A DNA stretch of 63,590 bases, the filler included, from an uncultured Gemmatimonadota bacterium (GTDB taxonomy: Bacteria > Blakebacterota > Blakebacteria > Blakebacterales > Blakebacteraceae), in assembly GCA_964576115.1 (NCBI GenBank). It is 22 parts of 22 records of this genome, joined end to end, with 100 filler letters (N's around TTAATTAATTAA, not from the genome) between each part and the next. Parts side by side here need not be neighbours in the genome. Positions count along the whole stretch, not along the records: positions 52,996 to 55,396 come from CAZNUA010000132.1; positions 55,497 to 57,702 come from CAZNUA010000134.1; positions 57,803 to 59,752 come from CAZNUA010000135.1; positions 59,853 to 61,696 come from CAZNUA010000136.1; positions 61,797 to 63,590 come from CAZNUA010000137.1; 17 more parts are not named here. One strand, written 5' to 3'. A program made the translations under genes and the position numbers. A model generated the notes under the pieces. It saw nothing but the letters and a program-made list of their open reading frames with translations, was not told the DNA's origin and made no database searches. Shown here one piece after another: positions 53,758 to 63,590 of this stretch; within the stretch, counting starts at the first letter, position 1; every line of letters starts with the position of its first letter.

Positions 53758-55396
53758 ATGCGCGTCCTCGGCACCCTGATCGTTGCCATCCTCCTCGCTC
53801 CGGCCCTGATGATCATCGGGCTGAGCGGCCTGCCCGCTTCTCCACAGCTGCCCGGCGCCGGTCGCACCGATCCCGAGGAGTGGGATGAAGAGGAAATCTG
53901 GCCGTACCGGCTGGAGTGGTACCGGGAGATGAAGGGCATCACCGGTCCGGAGGATGAGGACGAGGCTGCAGCCGCGCGCCGGGCGGCCCGCGCCGTCAGG
54001 GATGGCATGAGACGCACCCGCATCACCGAGCGCGATCCGGGGCCGACAGCCTCGCGGGCATGGTTCGAAGGCCGGGCGGGCTGGAGTCCGGTCCCGCCCC
54101 CGCACGGCCGGCAGTTGACGGGCGATCTCGGGCAGTGGCTGGTCGTGCAGGGTGCCGGAGAGATCCCGGAGGGCGTCATCCGCTTTCCGCTCAGCGCCGA
54201 GGATGCGCAACGGCACCGTCTGGACGAGGCGCGTATCTTCCGGTTCGATCCCGATACCGGGCGCTTCGCCCTGGTCGAGCTCAGCGGGATCGGGCGCGAC
54301 TCGCGCTACATCTGGGCCCGGGTCCGCCAGGCCGGATACTACGGTGTCTTCGCTCCACCTCTGACGCCCGGTGAGGAGATCACCCCGGCGGCCCTGCTGG
54401 GCGAACTCGGCCCCGCTGTCACCCATCCCCTCATCACGGTCAATCCGAATGAGTTCGAGACCTGGTCGAATATCGGGCCGAACAATTTCGCCGGTCGGAC
54501 CAAGTGTCTGGTCGCTCACCCCCACGTCGGCGGGCGGGTCTATGCCGGAGCAGCGGAAGGGGGGCTCTGGCTGACAGAGGACGCCGGTCTGTCGTGGCGG
54601 CCTCTGACCGACGATCAGCCCTCCCTGGCGATCGGCGCCCTGAGGATCATCGCCGATCCCGACTTCGGCCCCGACCACATCTATGCCGGGTTGGGGGAGT
54701 ACACCGGCTCTGAAGGCAGTGTCGCGACCTATCCCGGTGAGGGGATTCTGCGTTCGATGGACGGAGGCGAGAGCTGGGAGCATTTCGCCTGGAAGGACAT
54801 GCCGACCCGCATCAGCACCATTCTCGTCGATCCCGACCATCCCGGGCACATCTGGGTCGGCGGGAACAAAGGTCTCTGGCGCTCGACTCCGGGGCCGACG
54901 ACCCTGATGTGGGAGAAGATCATCAGCGATCCGGTCAGCGGCGGAGTTCTCCATCCGACCGATCCCGGCCTGATCTATATCGCCCGCCACGACAAGGGCT
55001 TTCTCATCGTGACGCACGATCCCACCAGCACCACTCCCTGCGTGTTCGACACTCTCGGGATGAACGACGGGATAGCCCCGGCCGATCGCACTCATTCGGC
55101 CGTCATCGACGTTTCCCCGACCGATCCCGATGTGATCTTCGGACGGATCGATCATTTCGTCTACCGCTGGGATCCTGACTCCGGATCGTGGAGCCGGCTG
55201 GAATCGGACGTCTTCCACTGGGATGACACGGAGCAGATATGGGAAAAGGAAAATACGACCGGTGATCTCGCCAAAACCCAGAAGGGGTGGGATATCACCC
55301 TGCGGATCTCGCCGCACGATCCCGACATCATCTACACCGGGGGAGTGAACCTGTACTGGAGCCATGACGGCGGCGCGACGTGGTGGCGCGAGGATG
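53758..55396 (+). CDS. Secreted BNR/Asp-box (VPS10/xyloglucanase-like) beta-propeller protein, 3'-truncated
   Basis: WSNIGP.NFAGR, TEDAGLSW, SMDGGESW and SHDGGATW Asp-boxes. Confidence 0.8.
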
Positions 55397-55513
55397 NNNN
55401 NNNNNNNNNNNNNNNNNNNNNNNNNNNNNNNNNNNNNNNNTTAATTAATTAANNNNNNNNNNNNNNNNNNNNNNNNNNNNNNNNNNNNNNNNNNNNGATG
55501 CCCGGTCGGATAT

Positions 55514-55672
55514 CTACTGTCTGGTGAGTGAGAACGTCCCCCCGTCGGCATAGAAATCGGGACCGATGGAACAGCCGCCGCTGCGGGCCGATGCGGCACA
55601 ACCGGCCGCGCCGAGAGCGAGAACGAGGGCGAGGGCGACTGATCCGTGACGGATCTGCTTGGTTCGGTTCAT
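55514..55672 (-). CDS. Small 52-aa putative lipoprotein (not in the ORF track)
   Basis: MNRTKQIRHGSVALALVLALGAAGCAASARSGGCSIGPDFYADGGTFSLTRQ; GGGAG upstream; basic n-region, h-region and AAGC lipobox. Confidence 0.6.
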   Translation of the reverse strand: MNRTKQIRHGSVALALVLALGAAGCAASARSGGCSIGPDFYADGGTFSLTRQ

Positions 55673-55711
55673 GATCGTGTCCGCTCCCGGAGAAGAAGTG
55701 AAATGCGATCA

Positions 55712-57702
55712 CTATGGTACGCGGACCCTCCGGGTGGAGTTATCCGATTCTCTCGAGCGCCGCCGGGCTGCGATGAGACCGCCGAGCAGGACCATGATCA
55801 CACCGGCCCAGAGAATGCTCATGAGGGGTTTCTCGCTCAGTTCCACCGAGAGAATTCCGCCTTCGGCGCGCCCGTCGAGGTCAGTGCCAGGAACGAGGTA
55901 GAGCAGGACGATCCGCCCGGCGTCGGCATCGATCCGCTGCAGCCTCAGCTGACCGCCGATGTCACCGGGCAGATCCGCCGGCGGCGGAGCTTCGCCGCCC
56001 GTGGAACTGCGGGGAACAATCACTCCCTTTCCGGATCCGGCGGTCACCGCCACCCGGGCTCCAACCTGCCCGGCTCCCTCGCCGCCGGGACCGTGCCCGC
56101 CCAGATCGAATTCTTCGAAGGTGAAGGTGATTCCCTCAACCGTACGACTCTCCCCCCTCGCCAGAGTGAAGCTCCGGCCGAGGGCTCCCAGGGCTTCGGC
56201 CGGGGGCAGGTACCGGATCGGGGCGAGATAGAGATCGCGAGCCGGACCGCGGGAAATGTGCGGTTCGGCCCGGATCATCATCTGCCCCGAACCGAACTGA
56301 CGGTAGAGCCTGGGGTACAAAATCAGCCGGCCCGGACTGCCCGGCCGTGAAAGTTCGACTTCGGCAGCCTGCTTGCCGTCCGGCAGACCGATCCAGCCGG
56401 TGAAGGTGAGATCGTAGTCCAGCACCCGGGTCGGATCCCGATAGATGAGATCGGCTCGACCGGTGCGGCCGGTCGTCGCCGCTGCAATGGCGATCAACAT
56501 CAGGGCGGCTCCAGCATGCGACAGATACCCGCCGGTACGACCGGGAGCCGATTGGGCGAGGGTTCGCCCGAGGCCAATCAGGTTCACCGCCAGGGCGAAG
56601 GCGGCACTCCCGGCAAGACACACATGCAGAGCAGGACGTATTCCGGCTATGAGAGCCAGCGCTGTCGCACCCCCCCCCACACCGACAGCGGCCAGCAGAG
56701 AAACCGTCGAGAACTCGCGCCCGCCTTTCCAGCGCAGCATGACCGACAGGCCGATTCCCAGTGCCAGAAAAATCCCCAGCGGCAGGGTCGTACGGCCGTA
56801 ATAAGAGATGTCGACCGCGGCTCCCTCACCGCCGCTGAGACGACTGATGATCGGGGCCGAGGTACCGAGCCCGATCAGCAGGATGATGGCCACGGTGACG
56901 AGCAGGCCGACGACGAGCAGGACCTCGCGGCTCAGGAAGGGTTCGTCGAGTTCGTCGCTCTGGAGCTTTCCCACGGCTCGGGAATAGCGGTACAGACCGT
57001 AACCGAGAACGGCGAGGAGCCAGAGGAGCAGCCAGGTGCCCACACTGCTCGCACCGAACGTATGCACGCTGGCCTCGGCCAGCACACCGCTGCGGGTCAG
57101 GTAGGCGGAGTAGATGACCAGGACGAAAGCGAGAAGCGCCAGCAGGACATTGCTCCGGGCGAGCTTTGAGCGGGAGCGCTGCAGGAGCAGGCCGTGGACC
57201 AGAGCCAGGCTCATGAGCCAGGGCAGCAGACTGGCATTCTCAACCGGATCCCAACCCCACCAGCCTCCCCAGCCCAGCACCTTGTAGGCCCAGAAACCAC
57301 CCATGATGATCCCGGCTCCCAGAGTGAGCCAGCCGATCAGGGACCATCGCAGAGCGGGTGCGATCCACTCCTCCGGCCGCTCACGGTCCATGGCGGCGAA
57401 GGCATAGGCGAAGGGGATCGCCAGGATCACGTATCCCAGGAAGGTTACCGGTGGGTGGATTGCCATCCACGGATCGCGCAGCAGCGGGTTCAGCCCGGCT
57501 CCATCGGGCGGGATCTGCGGGAGAAGCCGGAAAAGTCCGCTGACGAGAGTCAGGATGACCAGTATGACAACCGAGGGCAGATAGAGGCGCAGGACCGGCA
57601 CCGCCCACTCACCGGCGGTACGGGACACGACCCGGCCGAGTACCGCCGCCAGCAGGGCCCAGAGCAGGAAGCTGCCCTCCTGTCCGGCCCAGAAGGCGGA
57701 AA
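55712..57702 (-). CDS. ccmF: Cytochrome c biogenesis heme lyase CcmF, 5'-truncated
   Basis: FWAGQEGSFL, GLNPLL...IHPP, WGGWWGWDPVEN, LTRSG, SVHTF. Confidence 0.93.
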
Positions 57703-57802
57703 NNNNNNNNNNNNNNNNNNNNNNNNNNNNNNNNNNNNNNNNNNNNTTAATTAATTAANNNNNNNNNNNNNNNNNNNNNNNNNNNNNNNNNNNNNNNNNN
57801 NN

Positions 57803-59752
57803 CGATGGCGATCCGGATGCCGAACTCGCGCCGGCGGCAGCTCACCGCGTAGGCAGCGACACTGTACAGACCGGCCACCGACAACAGCAGCGCCAGGACG
57901 GCGAAGATCCCGGCCAGAATTCCGGAGAAGCGCTCCGCAGCCGTGGCCCTGCGCACGATCGACTCGAAATCGAGCACCCGGGCCAGGGGCAGGTTCGGAT
58001 CTATCCCGGCCAGACGCTCACGCAGCCCGGTCAGAACGGTTTCCCGATCGCCTTCATAGCGCACCACATGCGATAAGGCGGGTAAGGGTAGCTGGGCGGC
58101 GGAGAGATAGATGGCCGGGTTGGGGGGAGCGTTCAGGGCCTGCTGACGCACCGTTCCCACCACCCCGATGATACGGGCGCTCCCGATGCTGCCCAGCGGC
58201 ATTTCTATCTCCCGAGCCAGGGGATCGGTATCGGGCCAGAAACGATCGACCATGGCCTGGTCCACGACGGCGACACTGGGACTGCCCAGGATGTCATCCC
58301 TGGTGAAGGCCCGGCCGTGCAGCACGGGGATCCGCATGACCTCGAAGTAATCGGGAGTGACACTGCGGTAGCTGGCGTTGGCGCACTCGTTCCAGGGTGT
58401 CGCCTCGCCTGCCTCCCGCCAAACGATCACCCCCCGCCCGTCGATCAGGGGCAGAGTGTTGGTCGCGGCCATCCCCGTCACCCCCGGCACGGTCGGCAGT
58501 TCGGTGTGCAGGGCGGAATAGAAAGCCTGCACCGGTTCGAGCTGATTGTAACGGGTATAGGGCAGTTCGAGCCGGAAGGTGAGCGTACCGTGGGCATCGA
58601 AACCGGGATCGGAACGCATCAGACCGGCAAAGCTGTGCAGCAGCAGACCGGCCCCGGTGAAAAGCAGCAGGGCCAGGGCGATCTCAACCACCACCAGGCC
58701 TTCCCTGAGGCGGCTGCGGGGTGAGACCGAGCGGGTTCCGTAGAGGGCATCGCGCAGACGGTCGCGACCGAACTGCCGTACGCTGCGCAGGGCGGGCAGG
58801 AGTCCGAAGATGAGGCCGGTGGCCAGGGCCACCGCCAGGGTGAAGAGCAGCACCCCGCCGTCCACGGCGATCGGATTCTGATGAGGGAGCATGCCGCCGG
58901 CCAAGTCGAGCACGGCCGGGGTCATGAGCAGGGCCAGCCCGATGCCGAGCCCGGCCCCCGCCAGGGCCAGGATCAGGCTCTCGATGAGGAACTGCCTGAT
59001 GATATCCCGGCGCGAGGCGCCCAGGGAGATGCGGATCCCGATCTCGCCCCCCCGCTCCAATCCCCTGACCAGCAGCAGGTTGGCCACATTGGCACAGGCG
59101 ATCAGCAGCACCAGCCCCACCGCCGCGAAGAGCATCAGCAGCGGTCGATCGACCTCGCCGATAATATCTGTCCGCAGGGTAATGAGAGTCGCATCCCAGC
59201 CGGGAGCGTCGTCGGGAAATCTCTGGGCCAGGGTGGCCGAGATCGTCGAGAGTTCCTCTTCGGCGTCGGCCATGGCAAAGCCCGGGGCCAACCGTCCGAT
59301 CACGCTCAGAAAGTGATTACCCCCCTGCACATGGGCCCAGTCGGGGAGCGGCCAGGGGGTCCAGAACTGGATCTGATCGCCGGGCTGACGACAGCGATCG
59401 GGCATGATCCCGACCACGGTCAGGGGGACCTCATCGACCATGATGGTGCGACCCAGGAGCGCTTCCTGGGCCCCGAAGCGGGTCCTCCAGAATCCTTCAC
59501 CGAGTACGGCGACATTCTCCTGACCTGTGTGACAGTCATCGGGTGACAGGGTTCGGCCCAGCAGCGGCGGCAGGCCCAGCACCTCGAAGAATTCCCCCGA
59601 GACGTAGGCGGCGCGGATGACCTCGGGATCCCCCTCACCGGTCAGGGCCGCATTTCCGGTCAGATAGTACGCCATCTTTTCAACAGTGCGGCTGTGGGCC
59701 TGCCACTCCAGAAAGGCCGGACCGGTCACCGAGAACGAGGGGAAACCCAACT
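57803..59752 (-). CDS. ADOP-like duplicated ABC permease, truncated at both ends
   Basis: LLIACANVANLLL, LGASR, RREFGIRIA. Confidence 0.92.
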
Positions 59753-60200
59753 NNNNNNNNNNNNNNNNNNNNNNNNNNNNNNNNNNNNNNNNNNNNTTAA
59801 TTAATTAANNNNNNNNNNNNNNNNNNNNNNNNNNNNNNNNNNNNNNNNNNNNGTTCTCTCCCCCCGTTCATCGTGAATGGCTCCTACCGTTGAGCGTGAA
59901 TGGAACCGAACCGGAATCTACCCGGTGCAGGTGTAACGCGATTTCAGGCTCCGAGGCCCGTCATCGGCCCGCCCAATGTTGCGAAACGACCCGTCGGTGA
60001 TGCAGGACGGCATGCGTCCGCCGGATCGGAATCGGTATTTTCGGGCGGAGCCGCCAGCAGGGTTGTTCCGACCGTCAGGGGCCGGTACAATGCGCGGGCT
60101 CTGACCGCTGTTCCGGTTCACCCGTACTGGTCCGTCGCGACCGGTTGCGACACCAAGCCCTGCCCCTGCGAACCGCCGCTGCGGACCGCCGAGGTTGAGT

Positions 60201-61616
60201 ATGTCACAGGCAGACGACGTCCTCGCCCGCGCAGTCGCCGCCGCGACCGCCTACCGAACTCTCGACCAGACCGCCACCGATGAGATCGTCCGCTCCATCT
60301 ACCTCGCGGCCCTCACCGCCCGGGTGGATCTGGCTGCGATGGCTCATGAAGAGACCGGTATCGGGATCATCAAGCACAAAGTCATCAAGAATGTCATCGC
60401 TACCCAGCTGGTGTACGAGGATATCAAGGGTGAACGCACGGTCGGCATTATCGCCGACGATCCCTGCGGTGGGATCCTCGAGCTGGCCCAACCGATAGGA
60501 CCCATCCTGGCATTCATACCGATCACCAACCCCACCTCCACCACCCTGTTCAAGGCCCTGATCGCAGCCAAGACCCGCAATCCGATCATCCTCAGCCCGC
60601 CGCAGGCGGCCCGGCGGTGTACCGTCGCCGCCGCCCATATCTGTTTTGACGCCGCCCGGGAAGCCGGCGCTCCCGAGGGAGCGATCCAGTGGCTGGAGAA
60701 ACCCTCGCCGGAAACGATGGAAACGATCATGAGCGATCACCGGGTGGCGCTGATCCTGGCGACCGGTACCGACCGTCTGGTGCGCAAAGCCCAGCGTTCG
60801 GGCCGACCGGTTCTGGGGGTCGGACCGGGGAACGTACCGGTCTACATCGGCGCCTCGGCCGATGTGCCTTTCGCCATCGAGAGCATTCTGGAATCGAAAC
60901 TCTTCGACCACGGTTCGGTCTGTGCCAGCGAGCAGGCGGTGGTGGTCAAGGAATCGGTCGCCGACAGGGTCATCGCTGAATTCGAACGGCAGGGAGCCTA
61001 CTTCCTCACACCCGAGGAGACCGCCCGGCTCGAACGGATCGCCTGGGAATCAGGCAAGGGGATGAATCCGCTCGTGGTCGGACAACCGGCTCCCCGGATC
61101 GCTCGCGCGGCCGGATTCGAGGTCCCCGACGAGACCACCCTGCTGATCGCCACCCTCACGGAGGTGGGACCCGAATGTCCCCTCTCGGCCGAGATTCTGG
61201 CCCCGATCCTGGCCTTCTATGTGGAACGGGAATTCGACGAATCCATCCGCCGCTGCAGTCAGATCACCTGGTTCGGGGGAATGGGGCACACTGCCGTCAT
61301 CTACTCCAACACCGACGAGCGGATCGAGTACTTCAGCCGGGCGATCGATGCCGGCCGGATCCTGGTGAACATGCCCGCCACCCAGGGTGCGCTGGGCGGC
61401 ATTTACAATTCTCTGCGTCCCTCATTCACCCTGAGCTGCGGTTCGGGAGGCGGGAACATCACCACCGACAACATCACCACCCGGCACCTGCTCAACATCC
61501 ACCGTATCACCCGACGGCGCCCCAATCCCCGCTGGTTCGGATTCGAGACCGACCGCTACCTCGATCCGGCGGCGACCGCCGAAACGATCGCCGAGGAGTA
61601 CAACCGCAATTTCTGA
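60201..61616 (+). CDS. CoA-acylating aldehyde dehydrogenase (stand-alone AdhE N-terminal-like)
   Basis: [21 protein letters not shown] catalytic Cys, [16 protein letters not shown]. Confidence 0.9.
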   Translation: MSQADDVLARAVAAATAYRTLDQTATDEIVRSIYLAALTARVDLAAMAHEETGIGIIKHKVIKNVIATQLVYEDIKGERTVGIIADDPCGGILELAQPIGPILAFIPITNPTSTTLFKALIAAKTRNPIILSPPQAARRCTVAAAHICFDAAREAGAPEGAIQWLEKPSPETMETIMSDHRVALILATGTDRLVRKAQRSGRPVLGVGPGNVPVYIGASADVPFAIESILESKLFDHGSVCASEQAVVVKESVADRVIAEFERQGAYFLTPEETARLERIAWESGKGMNPLVVGQPAPRIARAAGFEVPDETTLLIATLTEVGPECPLSAEILAPILAFYVEREFDESIRRCSQITWFGGMGHTAVIYSNTDERIEYFSRAIDAGRILVNMPATQGALGGIYNSLRPSFTLSCGSGGGNITTDNITTRHLLNIHRITRRRPNPRWFGFETDRYLDPAATAETIAEEYNRNF

Positions 61617-61989
61617 ATCCTGCCGGCTGCTGGAAAAAACCGATGCCCGGTCGGATATCTACTGTCTGGTGAGTGAGAACGTCCCCCCGTCGGCATNNNN
61701 NNNNNNNNNNNNNNNNNNNNNNNNNNNNNNNNNNNNNNNNTTAATTAATTAANNNNNNNNNNNNNNNNNNNNNNNNNNNNNNNNNNNNNNNNNNNNCGGC
61801 CGAGGCAGTACGTACGAAGCGACGGCGGGTAACAGCATGGGTTCGGCTCATCTGGCAACTCCGGTATCGGAAGGGCGTCGGCACCCCAGAGTAGCAGGTC
61901 AGAGTTCCCGGCGACCAGGCGCCTGAATGCCCTGGGACGCGGACCGGCGGGACCGATACAATCGGCGGCAGGCAGAAAGGAGCCCGACG

Positions 61990-62928
61990 GTGAGCACTTT
62001 CGGCATCGATATCGGCGGCACCACGTCGGCGGTACTCAAAGCCACCCGCCGGCCCGATCGGGAATCACGACCCGAGTACGAGCGGGTGGCCTTCGCAACG
62101 GGTGAGGTCGAACCGACCCTGGCGGCCATTTTCGCCGCTGTCGAGGAACTCGGCCCCGGTCGTGAGCCCTTCTTCGGAATCTCCTGCGGCGACCCGCAGG
62201 ATGCGGAGCGGGGAGTAATTCTCGGCCCCCCCAATCTCCCCGGTTGGGACGAGGTTCCGATCGTCGCCCTGCTCACCGAACGCTTCGGCGGCCGGGCCCA
62301 TCTCATGAACGACGCCAACGCCGGCGCCCTGGCGGAATGGTACTGGGGAGCCGGGCGGGGCACCCGGAACATGATCTTCTGCACTCACGGCACCGGTATG
62401 GGGGCCGGTCTCATCCTCGACGGGCGGCTGTATGAGGGCACCACCCGCAGCGCCGGCGAGATCGGACACATTCGCATGGCTCCCGACGGCCCGACCGGTT
62501 ACGGCAAGGCCGGATCGCTCGAAGGTCTGGTGAGCGGCGGCGGGATCGCGCAGATGGCTCAAGCCGCTGCCCGAACCCGCCCTGGAGCCGCTTTCGTGCC
62601 GCCCGAGGGCATCGAGGGGGTGACCACCAAGCTGGTCGCCGAGGCGGCCCGGACCGGAGATGATACGGCCCGGGAGATCCTCGAAGAGTCGGGACGCTGG
62701 CTCGGCCGGGGCCTGGCCATCCTGATCGACGTCCTCAACCCCGAGGTCATCGTGCTGGGCAGCCTCTTCATCCGACTCGAGGACATCCTGCGGCCGCCGA
62801 TGGAGGCGGAGCTACGTGCCGAGTGCCTGCCACACACCCTGGCCGCCTGCCGGATCCTCGCTGCCACGCTGGGCGAGCAGATCGGCGATCTGGCCGCACT
62901 GGCGACAGCCCTGTACCGCGATCTCTGA
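61990..62928 (+). CDS. ROK-family sugar kinase (copy B)
   Basis: Near-identical to 41145..42083. Confidence 0.93.
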   Translation: MSTFGIDIGGTTSAVLKATRRPDRESRPEYERVAFATGEVEPTLAAIFAAVEELGPGREPFFGISCGDPQDAERGVILGPPNLPGWDEVPIVALLTERFGGRAHLMNDANAGALAEWYWGAGRGTRNMIFCTHGTGMGAGLILDGRLYEGTTRSAGEIGHIRMAPDGPTGYGKAGSLEGLVSGGGIAQMAQAAARTRPGAAFVPPEGIEGVTTKLVAEAARTGDDTAREILEESGRWLGRGLAILIDVLNPEVIVLGSLFIRLEDILRPPMEAELRAECLPHTLAACRILAATLGEQIGDLAALATALYRDL

Positions 62929-62953
62929 GGAAGTGGAGTGTCGTCTCCTGCCG

Positions 62954-63538
62954 TCAGGGATGACGCAGACGGCCGGTTCGGTGACCGGTGACCTGCTCGG
63001 TCACGACCGTGACGAGGAACTGCAGTCCCACGCTGGTCCAGTACTCGTCGTACGAGGTCGGATCCTCGAACTGCCCGGCCGGCATGAATTCTCCGTAGGC
63101 GAGGGTTGTGAAAAAATAGAGGCTGCCGTAAGAGGCGAGCAGGTCGAGAAAGAAACTGCCCTGGGTGTCATTGCCGATATGAACCCCGGCCGCGGTGACG
63201 ACCGGATCGATGAAGAGCAGTGACGGCAGGGCGTGGAAGGTATCGCCGGCCATGTCAATCAACACATAGTTGATCAGAATCTTGGCTCCCAGACCGTAGA
63301 CGACACTGTGCCAGAGGGGAGGATCCGGGACCTCCTGCGTCATGACTCCGGGGGAAACCGGACGCTTTCCGACCGGCAGCGCGTCGGCAGCCGGGATGTC
63401 GGGCAGCCGACTGTAGAGAGCGCTCGCGATCGGTCCCGGCGCCGCAACCCGGTACCGGTCACCGGCAGACCTCTCCTGAGCCGTCACCGGGACGGTCAGG
63501 ACGAGTACCAGCAGACTGACGGCGATCACTCTCGACAC
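62954..63538 (-). CDS. Hypothetical exported/membrane protein (copy B)
   Basis: Near-identical to 40532..41116. Confidence 0.7.
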   Translation of the reverse strand: MSRVIAVSLLVLVLTVPVTAQERSAGDRYRVAAPGPIASALYSRLPDIPAADALPVGKRPVSPGVMTQEVPDPPLWHSVVYGLGAKILINYVLIDMAGDTFHALPSLLFIDPVVTAAGVHIGNDTQGSFFLDLLASYGSLYFFTTLAYGEFMPAGQFEDPTSYDEYWTSVGLQFLVTVVTEQVTGHRTGRLRHP

Positions 63539-63590
63539 GGCCCGGCCCTCCTCTCCTGCTCTACACTTCACCGCCGGCGATCATCAACCC

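Noticed and set aside
59853-60200. Long leader before the aldehyde dehydrogenase as a riboswitch or ncRNA
   Set aside because: No recognisable aptamer or tRNA motif by eye; an Rfam/Infernal search would be needed.

Overview
This window is not continuous chromosome. It is 22 short contigs (about 3.5 kb down to 1.8 kb, sorted by decreasing length) joined by artificial 100-nt spacers (N44-TTAATTAATTAA-N44), plus three internal 100-N scaffold gaps, so it looks like the tail of a draft or metagenome assembly. Gene neighbourhoods hold only within a contig. The DNA is GC-rich and bacterial. The PorV-like barrel, many MacB-like orphan permeases and 6-bladed propeller lipoproteins, together with 2-oxoacid:ferredoxin oxidoreductase and NifX-family genes, suggest an anaerobic FCB-group-like heterotroph (inference). 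Exact 55-nt end overlaps show that two loci are present as diverged twin copies, probably two co-assembled strains, and that two contigs can be joined. Content includes peptide and sugar uptake and degradation genes (MFS, SSS, two GH127, DUF1080, sulfatase, M14/M28/M64 peptidases, three serine hydrolases), six PadR-associated or orphan duplicated ABC permease loci, eno-ftsB, larC, bfr, korAB, ccmF, a ParDE toxin-antitoxin pair and a cassette-less integron integrase. The best candidate for an undescribed system is a BlaI/M56 (BlaR1-like) module. Its sensor is a ~29-aa 'LVEFRIHGVTPE' repeat array rather than a penicillin-binding domain, it has tandem TACGAA-N4-TTCGTA operators, and it carries a possible internal start codon that could export the sensor part on its own. 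Other leads are a radical SAM/PadR/DUF5320/NifX x2 metal-cofactor cluster, a TPP E1 alpha/beta pair coupled to an NDP-sugar dehydratase, an M28 peptidase fused to a degenerate M19-like domain, an M14 peptidase with a swapped zinc motif, and an unannotated 52-aa lipoprotein.
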